A stretch of DNA of 64,000 nt from Nemertoderma westbladi (taxonomy: Eukaryota; Animalia; Xenacoelomorpha): the NCBI GenBank assembly GCA_032718475.1, contig JAUCBJ010003179.1:9813-73812 (forward strand), read 5' to 3'. Every line of letters starts with the position of its first letter. The first letter of the stretch is position 1. Made by a program: the position numbers and the translations under genes. A model generated the notes under the pieces. The model searched no databases, was not told the origin of the DNA, and saw only the letters and a list, made by a program, of their open reading frames with translations. Shown one piece after another: positions 23,615-36,900 of this stretch.

Positions 23615-23957
23615 TCACTGGCTTTAAAGTAAAGTAAATAAAAGTAAATCCTCCTCCACTGCGATACTAGACGCCGTAGACAACGTCGTCAACCCCGATT
23701 GTGACATCAGGCGGCCGACGCACAAAGTCTGACGACTTATTTCCATTGCGGTCCCCCCAGAACTTTACTCCCCAGAGGAAGAGGAAACTCCAGTACTCAT
23801 TTAGCTACCACTTAAGGATGCAAGGCAGAGATGCGCCCTGGCTGGTCCCTTTAAAGCATTCGTGCCGAAACGAAAACTGCCCTGGCCCATGTGAGGATCG
23901 AACCCACGACCTACAGGAGATGTGAATTCAATGCAACCACTACACCATGGTGGAACC
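23615..23957 (-). mobile_element. tRNA-derived SINE with (TTTAC)n tail
   Basis: Minus strand head GGTTCCACCATGGTGTAGTGGTT (A box)...GTGGGTTCGATCC (B box), a ~250-bp body, and tail TTTACTTTTATTTACTTTACTTTAAAG. Confidence 0.75.
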
Positions 23958-24962
23958 TTAGTTTAATTAATTTTACTTTGACTTTTACTCTAACTAGTTT
24001 AGTTAGCTTTAATTTTATCCTAAATACAATATAATTATATGGTAACAATAGCATATAAGAAACCTAGTTTTCGTTTTTATTATTATTATTATTTTATTAT
24101 TCCAATGTTGACATGGCTTTTCTAAGTGTTGACATGATTTTTCTAAGTGTTGACATGATTTTTCGAAGTGTTGACATGATTTTTCGAAGTGTTGACATGG
24201 TTTTTCGAAGTGTTGACATGGCTTTTTCGAAGTGTTCGACTATTTCGAAGTGTTGACATGGAATCGAATTTCAGCCTCATTTTCTTATAAATTGTTCTTC
24301 TTATAAATCATCTTTCATTAGCATAACTTCCTCAAACTTTTATTTTAAAAAATAAATGCCTTATTATTACCGATACCTAATAATAATGACCGTACATTAA
24401 TGTTGTTTATTAGTATCGTGCTGAATAATTATTCTTTAAATCAAATGGATTACCCAGAATTGAAATTATTTTTAAATATAAATTTTGATCTAACTTTAAT
24501 CAATGAGTAATAATGTAAAAGCAAATAATATAAACCAATAATTGACGAACTCATACAAATATATAAACATGAATATTCTACCTAAAGTCAACCATATAGT
24601 AATAGTATGCAATTGATTTAAACACTAAACTGACTAGTCAGCACTTCAACTCTAAACCTGGAAAAAAATCACTGGAAAGAACCGTCGAACATGATATTTA
24701 CTGTAAGTAGGCCTACCCAAATTTACCAAATAATTTTATTCACAATGCTTAATATATAGGCCTAACTGTTAACTATATAGGCTACCTGTTAATTGGCTTA
24801 AAAATTAAGTTGTGTGTTTCTGGTTATGTAATCGAGTCAACACGAATATTATACTGTAGAATATTATATCATTTCAATTCTATTTGTATTTCTCCCATCT
24901 AACGCCAAAATGATGAAATTCTTTCTTCATATATAATGTAGAGAAGAGCCGCTGGATGGCTC

Positions 24963-27900
24963 TCAGAGGATCGAACCGTCGGTGTAGGGGTGGGATGCAA
25001 GGAGATGGGAATTTAGCGAGGTTTTTTGGTAGAAGGATTTCCCGCAGTGTTGGCAAACAAATGGTTTTTGATGAGCGTGAGTACGTTTGTGAGTGTTTAA
25101 AGTGCTGGCTAGCGTAAACCCTTTTCCACAGTTATCACATTTATGCGGCCTTTCACCTGAAATTTTATATAATATTAATCAATAATTTATGAAAAGGTTA
25201 TTAATCTACAGGTGGCTCTATCCTTTCCTATTAATAACATACACTATAATAGTGCACTGTGCTTATTTCCCGTGAAAAATCTCCATTGCATTTAGCCATG
25301 GAAGTCTTTTTCTCCCGCAAGAATTTAAAGTACAGTATAATCTTAAATCCCGAAGTACTTAATCTAAAGAGCGTTTTTAGAAAGGCAAGTTTTAAGAATT
25401 ATGTTATGACGAATCGAAACCACATTGTATAACTTATTAAAAACTGTTTAAAAACTCACCGGTATGCCCAAATATATGGGCCTGGAGGTTTCCCTTTTGA
25501 TTAAACCCTTTGTCACAGTAATTACAATGATACATAGGCACCTGACTGTGCGTTCGAAGGTGATAATTGAGATGAGTCAGCTGTTTAAAGCCTCGTCCGC
25601 ATTGATTGCATCGATGGGGTTTTTCACCTAAACAATACAGCACCATATCCTAGAATAGGATGAAAGCAAACCGTTGCTAGGAAACCGCGTAAACAGAATA
25701 GGGTTAGTAGCAGAGATTACGTTAGTTGCTTTACATACCGGTAGGCCTACACTGACCGACAGTTTATAATTAGAGCGACATGATTGCATGCTCTAAATGT
25801 TTACTATGTTGTAATTGAACCATGTTAAACGTATAATTGTAGCTGTTATTACGGGGATTAGCTTTACTTCAAAAGCAAACAAGCATATTCTGTAATTATA
25901 TTTGATATCATTATATTATAATAAAATAGAAGATATAATAAAAATTATATCTTTCATTCTAATTAGCTAACCTGTGTGGGTATAAGAATGGATTTTCATA
26001 TCGATCTTCTGATGAAACCCCTTGCCACAGTACTGGCACTTGAATGGTTTGTAATTAGTGTGTGTTCTTAGATGCGTGTTGAGGTTTGATGCCCTGCAAA
26101 ATACCAAGGTGAAGCGAAGTATAGTGAGTGAGAGAAACAATGCTACTCCCTCTAGTCCTGGCTTCGGTCTAGCCCTAAAGAAAACATTAAAGGGTAATTC
26201 AGACTGCTAGTAAAACATGGTTATCTATTGTTCTCTAAAATATAAAATGCCCAAAGCAAGTAATTCCATTTCTAATATTCTTGAAAAATGTAATTACGAT
26301 TTTGAGGATCAGAATGAAAAGTACATGATAAATATGACTTCTTTTTGTGATAAAATTTAATTAACATTGACGCAGAAATCAAACGTCAGGCATATTTCTA
26401 TGACTAATATACTGCAGTGGACAGTTATTTATGTAGTATAAATTCTGTTACCACAACACTAACCTGTTGAAGGCTTTCGTGCAGTGAGGACAGACGAATG
26501 GTTTGTATGTTGAATGAGTCAACCTGTGTCTGGTGAGGTTACCTGGTTGTCTGAACGCCCTCCCACAGTCATCGCACTTGAAAGGTTTGTCGCCCGTGTG
26601 AATTCGCTACAAAATCAAAAGTTAATTTGTAAAGTTGTTAGTACTAATGCGAACTTTTATTTCGATAAGTTCATTATGTTTACTGAAGTGAACTAAAAGT
26701 TTTATATTAAGGTTAGGTTAAGAAGGTCCTTGGGATATTCAACTTGTTTCCAGATATTAACTCCAACATATCAATATCCCACATTGTCGTTGCCCGTTTC
26801 AGTAATTGCAACCTACTTATCGGTGTTTATGGACTGGTCACACGCTCCTATGGTTACATACACTGATGAAATTGAGCGCAAATGTAATCGTGATTATTTC
26901 GATCAGAATGGATATCGACAGATCGGAAACCAAGGTCGAACGAATCATTTTGAAACTGTTGTCGACAAAGATAAGTAACTAATAAATCCAACTAATGCCG
27001 TAAAATATTCGCACACCAAAATTACTTTAATAATTAACTGTATTTTAAATATATGTGTATAAATAATAACTTAATGCTTTACTCGCTGAGTAATATTCCA
27101 GTTCTCACTTTACACTTTAAGAGTATGTGCATAGAGAGTATTTATAATAATATAATAAATAATAAATGTACTTATATAGCCCCTTAACTAAGTAACAGTT
27201 GCACTTTTAAATATAGTTTGTTAGTTAGTTATGGTTATGTAACTAAGGTGTGTTTACTTACTTTATGTGTAACTAGGGTGTTGCTACGACTGAAACTCTT
27301 CCCGCATATGTCGCATGTGTACCTCCGCGGTTGGGGCTGTTTGGCTGGTTTCCTATCCATCGCATTGGAGGCGGGACCCAAGGCCGGTTGAGGTAACATT
27401 ATCGGGGCGTGATGGGCCACAGGTACACCCGGAATCATAGGAGGTAGACCTGTAATTATAAATATAATGTAATACTATGAAAGCAAGGCACAAGCAAGGG
27501 GGCGGCCTAGTTTACGTAACATTCACAGTTGATTTAGGAATCACTAGTTTTCCTTTTTCTGATATTTAACTTACCGGCTATGGTGTCGTAAGGATGACGC
27601 TGCCTTTCTATGTGGTAGGGGGCGCTGCTAGTGGGTTGCATTGGTTGGTGCGGCCTTGTGGATACACCCGTGGCCACCCGGTGAAATGCGGACGTTCTAG
27701 AACCGTTGCCAGGTGGCGATTGGTTGTCACTTGGAAACGCGTCGATGTGATCTTGATGGTTAGGTCTTCGTTTTGTGGTTTCCGTCGTTAAGGACTTTAT
27801 GGAATGGTCCCGAGGTCGTTTAGGATTGGAGGGTTCGGTAGCCCACTGCGGACTCATTCGTTTAGGTGTCGACGTTAGGGGCTCGGACGATTCCCGTTTG

Positions 27901-30900
27901 TTTCTACGGCTATGGATGGTTAGATCGTAGGGCCCCTCTGATTGGTCGGGGTATGTGATTGGGCTGCGCTGATTGGTTGTTACGTCATCCGGTAGTGATT
28001 CCTTGCGTACTCCATCTACCGGTTGGCTGAGGTATTTCCGCAGTAATTGGTTGTGGTGGTCCCGTAGGGCAGTTTCTGCCTCTAGACTGGCTGTAGTGTG
28101 TCGTTCGGCTCCATTATTTACGAGACTACGAGAGGAAGAAACAATTATTCATGGTAAATAATAGAAAATAAATTACATAATATTTAATCAGTTCTTGTGG
28201 ATAATTCATTTAAAATAATTCATAAAATAATATTTTCATGTCAGTTTATAACTCATTATAGATACTATTTAATAAGTAAATATTTATTGAATAATATATA
28301 ATTAGGCCACCCATTATAAAATTAAATAATAAATAATAATTTAAAAAAGGAAATAAAGTAATTGTCGTGCTAAAGAATAAATAATTGTTTATTACCTTAC
28401 CATTACTATTTACTCACCCTGCACGGCTGGGTCTACCAATCAAGGGATCAACCATTAACTCCCTCCCAAACTCCTCTCTGTACGCTAGAGGGCGTTGCAA
28501 CAATGGCCAGGCCGGCGGTAGCGTGGGAATGTACCGGTAATACGGGAGTCCTAGACTCCCAGTGGAGTCGGCCTCGGGGATAGGGTCGGTCGGGGACTGG
28601 TTGCGATGGAGATGGGGGCTGCCGTACATGGGATGCGTCCAGGGGGGAATGGGGGGCACCTCCATGAAGGGGGAAGGGGGGAACATAAAGGGATGGTAGG
28701 CGAGGTAGGAGGGGGCGAGATATCGGTAGTCTGGTTGGGTGCGGGTACCGAATGGGATACCGAGACTCGGTACGGATGAATCCGGGGATCGTTTCTCGGC
28801 CGACTCCATCGCGATTGGCGCTGTAGGTTTCCTGTCTATAGGAGACCACAGAACCTTGCTGTCCCGTACAGGAGTGCACGGAGATACCTTACTGAAGTCA
28901 ATCGCACCTGGAAAAATATTAATTATTTAAAAACATCTTCATTCTCTCAGATATTGAGATATTTATTGTTATTTTTTCTTAACCAGCCAGTTTATATCTC
29001 GCGATTTTTCATTAGAGTTTTATTAGAAATTGACAATAATTTATTACGTAATTATTTTTTATTAATTAAATTTGCGCTAATTCACTTATAAGTCGATGTG
29101 TATTATTACTTTTAGTGTTAAAACCAAAACAATAGATTTGAAATGCATTTACTACATGGCTCGTAAAGTAGTACTTTATATGATTCGGATTATGCCGAAG
29201 GAGAAATGAGGATATAATAATGGGTACAGTTCTGTGGTGCTGCGGAGTGCACAGTACACACACCTTAATGTAAGTAACGGTATTGAGTTTTTATAGATTT
29301 CGATTTTCACAATTTTTATTAACTGAATTGTATTTCAAAGCGAAATCCTCCAACACCGGCCCCGATCCCAACTAACTAATAACAAACATGGGTTGGTAAG
29401 TCTCATCTTTCGCTCTCACATCAAATCGAATAACAGGCGGAGGTCGTTTCACACAATATTGGGGCCCAGTGGGTTATTCGAGGGTCATTCACCAACCTTA
29501 CCCAGTACTGTATGGCCCCCAGGGAACAGGCCCCACACTGAGATTGAGTTATCAGTGAGCAGAAAAATCTCCCCGTCATTAAAATCTTCGATAACAAAAG
29601 ACTGAATCCTTAGCATTGCAAGAAATACATCCCACGAAAGAGCCATTAAGTACAAGAAAGGTCCTTTCTATTAAATGCGAAGTTCGCATGCTCCTAAGAA
29701 CCCGTCTGATTCATATAACAATTTAGAAAGGGCCAGGTGCTTTCATTTGAATAACAATAGGACAGAACGACCTAACTCTATGCCGCCGGGGTTAGGGCCA
29801 AATGAAAGGAAAGTGAAGCAGCTTAGACAGAGTGTTAGGGCCCTCATTAATCCGAGTGCACGTCTTTCACGGAATGAAATTTCTTATTAAACGGAGGCCC
29901 GTTATTGGGGCCAGTCGGTTCAGCTTCTCATTGTGCTATTAAGTCAGGGTTTTCCTGCTATTCACACACAGACTGGCCTCGTAAAATAAGGGCACATGGG
30001 CCTCACATGCGCCGCGATTAATGCGGCATTTACGATCCAATGAATCAACGTCCCCCGTATCAAAAGCAGCTTATTTACGGACACTTTCGGTATATATCAA
30101 TATATGTGTACCCAGATTCTTTGCTGCTGAACTAATAAGAGAATTATGTACGAGAAAAAGAAAGTGTTAGACAACTGCAACATAAAATAAAATAAAGCGT
30201 TCACATATTGGATTCTTAGGCACTTTTGTGAAAAATGTATTAAACATCGCAAGCTGTTTTTATTTAATTATTCTCTACCATTCATTCTGTAGCAGACAGT
30301 AAGTAACCCTCAGGGGTTTGGTTGCTCAGTCTGTATCTCACACAGCGCATTCGCATCTGTTACCTCGGTCGCTAATAAACACTGTTAATAATAACCCTTG
30401 TCTTTTTACTTTAAACAAATACGACAAAGGAAGAGAAGTACGCGTAGTCACACAATGGTAGCATATTGCAGCAAGAACTTTATAGCAATTGTATATAGTC
30501 AACAGGTATGTTTAAAGTTCTGTAAGCGTAAAGCTATAGTACTGTTCATTACTATACCAGACTCCTTTATTCATTGAAGATAGGCTAGGCCATATTTCGA
30601 TTGCTATTATTTTGTTGGTTGGTCAGCCAAACAATCAAGCTAAAAGTTATGACGTACCGAACACTACTGCACTACTCAAACAGCTATAATTACCAAACTA
30701 ATTTGGAGGCATTCACTTTGACGTTTGAGTGCAATCTCACTTATCACCTCATACACAGGTTGACCCTCCATTCGGTTAACACTACACATTCAATACACAG
30801 TCCTCCTCCGCTCTAATATCTAATCAAATAATATTGGTATTGAATGGGGGCGTCCAGGGTTGTTTCCATTATTGTCGCTCTATATGGCGTGCTTCAAGAA

Positions 30901-33900
30901 ATATCACATTGACATCGATCAACTCATATGCACGTACATTATAAGCACTATGCGCTATGTTTAGCCTCTGCTAACTTTGTACCTTAACAATGTCGCCTCT
31001 ACGCTTCGAAATAAACATCACACTTCGCAGTACTACAAATATAACTCAAAATATTATATTCTGCACTTAACGTAGAAGCCTATTAGACGTTATATAACAG
31101 ATTCATTAAATATCTAATACTACTACTAATGGCGTGCTGCATTGCAACTGCATTATATATATTACATATATATTTAGAATAATGTTGTCGACAAAATTAC
31201 GCCACCACAACTCCCTATCACCAATGACATTTGCTACACCTTCCGCATCTTCAAGGCCAGTGTCCTTTAAGGGCCGTCTTAAGAAAGTCATATGCGGCTC
31301 CGTTCAATTGTCAAACTAGAGGAGACTAATGAAATACCTCCAATGTTGTATGGAGTCTGATTATTGTATTTGACACGATGAACCCGACGTAACATTCTTG
31401 TATAAGTGCCATAAATTGAGTAAAACAATTGATAAATTGTTTTACTAAAATAATTCATCCGGACACCTTATTGTTTCAAAACAATGAACTCACCCAATCA
31501 ACTTATTGTGTCACTACAATGAACTCATCCAAACAACTCATCCAAACAACTTATTGTATCACTACAATGAACTCACCCAAACAACTTATTGTGTCACTAC
31601 AATGAACTCACCCAAACAACTTATTGTGTCACTACAATGAACTCACCCAAACAACTTATTGTGTGACTACAATGAACTCACCCAAACAACTTATTGTGTC
31701 ACTACAATGAACTCACCCAAACAACGTATTGTGTCACTACAATGAACTCACCCAATCAACTTATTGTGTCACTACAATGAACTCACCCAAACAACGTATT
31801 GTGTCACTACAATGAACTCACCCAATCAACTTATTGTGTCACTACAATGAACTCACCCAATCAACTTATTGTGTCACTACAATGAACTCACCCAAACAAC
31901 TTATTGTGTCACTACAATGAACTCACCCAAACAACGTATTGTGTCACTACAATGAACTCACCCAAACAACTTATTGTGTCACTACAATGAACTCACACAA
32001 ACAACTTATTGTGTCACTACAATGAACTCACCCAAACAACTTATTGTGTCACTACAATGAACTCACCCAAACAACTTATTGTGTCACTACAATGAACTCA
32101 CCCAAACAACGTATTGTGTCACTACAATGAACTCACCCAATCAACTTATTGTGTCACTACAATGAACTCACCCAAACAACGTATTGTGTCACTACAATGA
32201 ACTCACCCAATCAACTTATTGTGTCACTACAATGAACTCACCCAATCAACTTATCGTGTCACTACAATGAACTCACCCAAACAACTTATTGTGTCACTAC
32301 AATGAACTCACCCAAACAACGTATTGTGTCACTACAATGAACTCACCCAAACAACTTATTGTGTCACTACAATGAACTCACACAAACAACTTATTGTGTC
32401 ACTACAATGAACTCACCCAAACAACGTATTGTGTCACTACAATGAACTCACCCAATCAACTTATTGTGTCACTACAATGAACTCACCCAAACAACGTATT
32501 GTGTCACTACAATGAACTCACCCAAACAACTTATTGTGTCACTACAATGAACTCACCCAAACAACTTATTGTGTCACTACAATGAACTCACCCAAACAAC
32601 TTATTGTGTCACTACAATGAACTCACCCAAACAACTTATTGTGTCACTACAATGAACTCACCCAATAAACTTATTGTGTCACTACAATGAACTCACCCAA
32701 ACAACTTATTGTGTCACTACAATGAACTCACCCAATCAACTTATTGTGTCACTACAATGAACTCACCCAAACAACTTATTGTGTCACTACAATGAACTCA
32801 CCCAAACAACTTATTGTGTCACTACAATGAACTCACCCAAACAACTTATTGTGTCACTACAATGAACTCACCCAATCAACTTATTGTGTCACTACAATGA
32901 ACTCACCCAATCAACTTATTGTGTCACTACAATGAACTCACCCAAACAACTTATTGTGTCACTACAATGAATTCACCCAATCAACTTATTGTGTCACTAC
33001 AATGAACTCACCCAAACAACTTATTGTGTCACTACAATGAACTCACCCAAACAACTTATTGTGTCACTACAATTAACTCTCCCAATCAACTTATTGTGTC
33101 ACTACAATGAACTCACCCAAACAACTTATTGTGTCACTACAATGAACTCACCCAAACAACTTATTGTGTCACTACAGTGAACTCACCCAAACAATTTATT
33201 GTGTCACTACAATGAACTCACCCAATCAACTTATTGTGTCACTACAATGAACTCACCCAAACAACTTATTGTGTCACTACAATGAACTCACCCAATCAAC
33301 TTATTGTGTCACTACTATGAACTCACCCAATCAACTTATTGTGTCACTACAATGAACTCACCCAAACAACATATTGTGTCACTACAATGAACTTACCCAA
33401 ACAACTTATTGTATCACTACAATGAACTCACCCAAACAACTTATTGTGTCACTACAATGAACTCACCCAAACAACTTATTGTGTCACTACAATGAACTCA
33501 CCCAAACAACTTATTGTGTGACTACAATGAACTCACCCAAACAACTTATTGTGTCACTACAATGAACTCACCCAAACAACGTATTGTGTCACTACAATGA
33601 ACTCACCCAATCAACTTATTGTGTCACTACAATGAACTCACCCAAACAACGTATTGTGTCAGTACAATGAACTCACCCAATCAATTTATTGTGTCACTAC
33701 AATGAACTCACCCAATCAACTTATTGTGTCACTACAATGAACTCACCCAAACAACTTATTGTGTCACTACAATGAACTCACCCAAACAACGTATTGTGTC
33801 ACTACAATGAACTCACCCAAACAACTTATTGTGTCACTACAATGAACTCACACAAACAACTTATTGTGTCACTACAATGAACTCACCCAAACAACGTATT

Positions 33901-36900
33901 GTGTCACTACAATGAACTCACCCAAACAACTTATTGTGTCACTACAATGAACTCATCCGAACACCTTATTGTTTCAATACAGTGAACTCACCCTATCAAC
34001 TCATTGTGTCACTACAATGAACTCACCCAAACAACTTATTGTGTCACTACAATGAACTCACCCAAACAACTTATTGTGTCACTACAATGAACTCACCCAA
34101 ACAACGTATTGTGTCACTACAATGAACTCACCCAATCAACTTATTGTGTCACTACAATGAACTCACCCAAACAACGTATTGTGTCACTACAATGAACTCA
34201 CCCAATCAACTTATTGTGTCACTACAATGAACTCACCCAATCAACTTATCGTGTCACTACAATGAACTCACCCAAACAACTTATTGTGTCACTACAATGA
34301 ACTCACCCAAACAACGTATTGTGTCACTACAATGAACTCACCCAAACAACTTATTGTGTCACTACAATGAACTCACACAAACAACTTATTGTGTCACTAC
34401 AATGAACTCACCCAAACAACGTATTGTGTCACTACAATGAACTCACCCAATCAACTTATTGTGTCACTACAATGAACTCACCCAAACAACGTATTGTGTC
34501 ACTACAATGAACTCACCCAAACAACTTATTGTGTCACTACAATGAACTCACCCAAACAACTTATTGTGTCACTACAATGAACTCACCCAAACAACTTATT
34601 GTGTCACTACAATGAACTCACCCAAACAACTTATTGTGTCACTACAATGAACTCACCCAATAAACTTATTGTGTCACTACAATGAACTCACCCAAACAAC
34701 TTATTGTGTCACTACAATGAACTCACCCAATCAACTTATTGTGTCACTACAATGAACTCACCCAAACAACTTATTGTGTCACTACAATGAACTCACCCAA
34801 ACAACTTATTGTGTCACTACAATGAACTCACCCAAACAACTTATTGTGTCACTACAATGAACTCACCCAATCAACTTATTGTGTCACTACAATGAACTCA
34901 CCCAATCAACTTATTGTGTCACTACAATGAACTCACCCAAACAACTTATTGTGTCACTACAATGAATTCACCCAATCAACTTATTGTGTCACTACAATGA
35001 ACTCACCCAAACAACTTATTGTGTCACTACAATGAACTCACCCAAACAACTTATTGTGTCACTACAATTAACTCTCCCAATCAACTTATTGTGTCACTAC
35101 AATGAACTCACCCAAACAACTTATTGTGTCACTACAATGAACTCACCCAAACAACTTATTGTGTCACTACAGTGAACTCACCCAAACAATTTATTGTGTC
35201 ACTACAATGAACTCACCCAATCAACTTATTGTGTCACTACAATGAACTCACCCAAACAACTTATTGTGTCACTACAATGAACTCACCCAATCAACTTATT
35301 GTGTCACTACTATGAACTCACCCAATCAACTTATTGTGTCACTACAATGAACTCACCCAAACAACTTATTGTGTCACTACAATGAACTCACCCAAACAAC
35401 TTATTGTGTCACTACAATTAACTCTCCCAATCAACTTATTGTGTCACTACAATGAACTCACCCAAACAACTTATTGTGTCACTACAATGAACTCACCCAA
35501 ACAACTTATTGTGTCACTACAGTGAACTCACCCAAACAATTTATTGTGTCACTACAATGAACTCACCCAATCAACTTATTGTGTCACTACAATGAACTCA
35601 CCCAAACAACTTATTGTGTCACTACAATGAACTCACCCAATCAACTTATTGTGTCACTACTATGAACTCACCCAATCAACTTATTGTGTCACTACAATGA
35701 ACTCACCCAAACAACATATTGTGTCACTACAATGAACTTACCCAAACAACTTATTGTATCACTACAATGAACTCACCCAAACAACTTATTGTGTCACTAC
35801 AGTGAACTCACCCAAACAATTTATTGTGTCACTACAATGAACTCACCCAATCAACTTATTGTGTCACTACAATGAACTCACCCAAACAACTTATTGTGTC
35901 ACTACAATGAACTCACCCAATCAACTTATTGTGTCACTACAATGAACTCACCCAATCAACTTATTGTGTCACTACAATGAACTCACCCAATCAACTTATT
36001 GTGTCACTACTATGAACTCACCCAATCAACTTATTGTGTCACTACAATGAACTCACCCAATCAACTTATTGTGTCACTACAATGAACTCACCCAATCAAC
36101 TTATTGTGTCACTACTATGAACTCACCCAATCAACTTATTGTGTCACTACAATGAACTCACCCAATCAACTTATTGTGTCACTACTATGAACTCACCCAA
36201 TCAACTTATTGTGTCACTACAATGAACTCACCCAATCAACTTATTGTGTCACTACAATGAACTCACCCAAACAACTTATTGTGTCACTACAATGAACTCA
36301 CCCAATCAACTTATTGTGTCACTACTATGAACTCACCCAATCAACTTATTGTGTCACTACAATGAACTCACCCAAACAACATATTGTGTCACTACAATGA
36401 ACTTACCCAAACAACTTATTGTGTCACTACAATGAACTCACCCAATCAACTTATTGTGTCACTACTATGAACTCACCCAATCAACTTATTGTGTCACTAC
36501 AATGAACTCACCCAATCAACTTATTGTGTCACTACTATGAACTCACCCAATCAACTTATTGTGTCACTACAATGAACTCACCCAAACAACATATTGTGTC
36601 ACTACAATGAACTTACCCAAACAACTTATTGTGTCACTACAATGAACTCACCCAATCAACTTATTGTGTCACTACTATGAACTCACCCAATCAACTTATT
36701 GTGTCACTACAATGAACTCACCCAATCAACTTATTGTGTCACTACAATGAACTCACCCAATCAACTTATTGTGTCACTACTATGAACTCACCCAATCAAC
36801 TTATTGTGTCACTACAATGAACTCACCCAATCAACTTATTGTGTCACTACTATGAACTCACCCAATCAACTTATTGTGTCACTACAATGAACTCACCCAA

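Larger units (their letters stand above)
20541..24266. mobile_element. TIR element with repetitive arms enclosing a satellite and a SINE
   Basis: Left arm (CATGTCAACACTTCGAAA)n-like at 20545-20705 and right arm (TTTCGAAGTGTTGACATG)n at 24105-24260, in inverted orientation; both flanks share ATTTCAG (20534-20540, 24268-24274). Confidence 0.7.

Noticed and set aside
24963-25035. Apparent frameshift in the last zinc finger at the A run
   Set aside because: Recounting gives TAC CAA AAA ACC TCG, which is in frame and yields [13 protein letters not shown].
29300-30100. Possible intronic enhancer block in the zinc-finger gene
   Set aside because: Only compositional impression and short motif matches; needs conservation or chromatin data.
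32989-35525. Three identical 63-aa ORFs
   Set aside because: A by-product of higher-order duplication in the 35-bp satellite.
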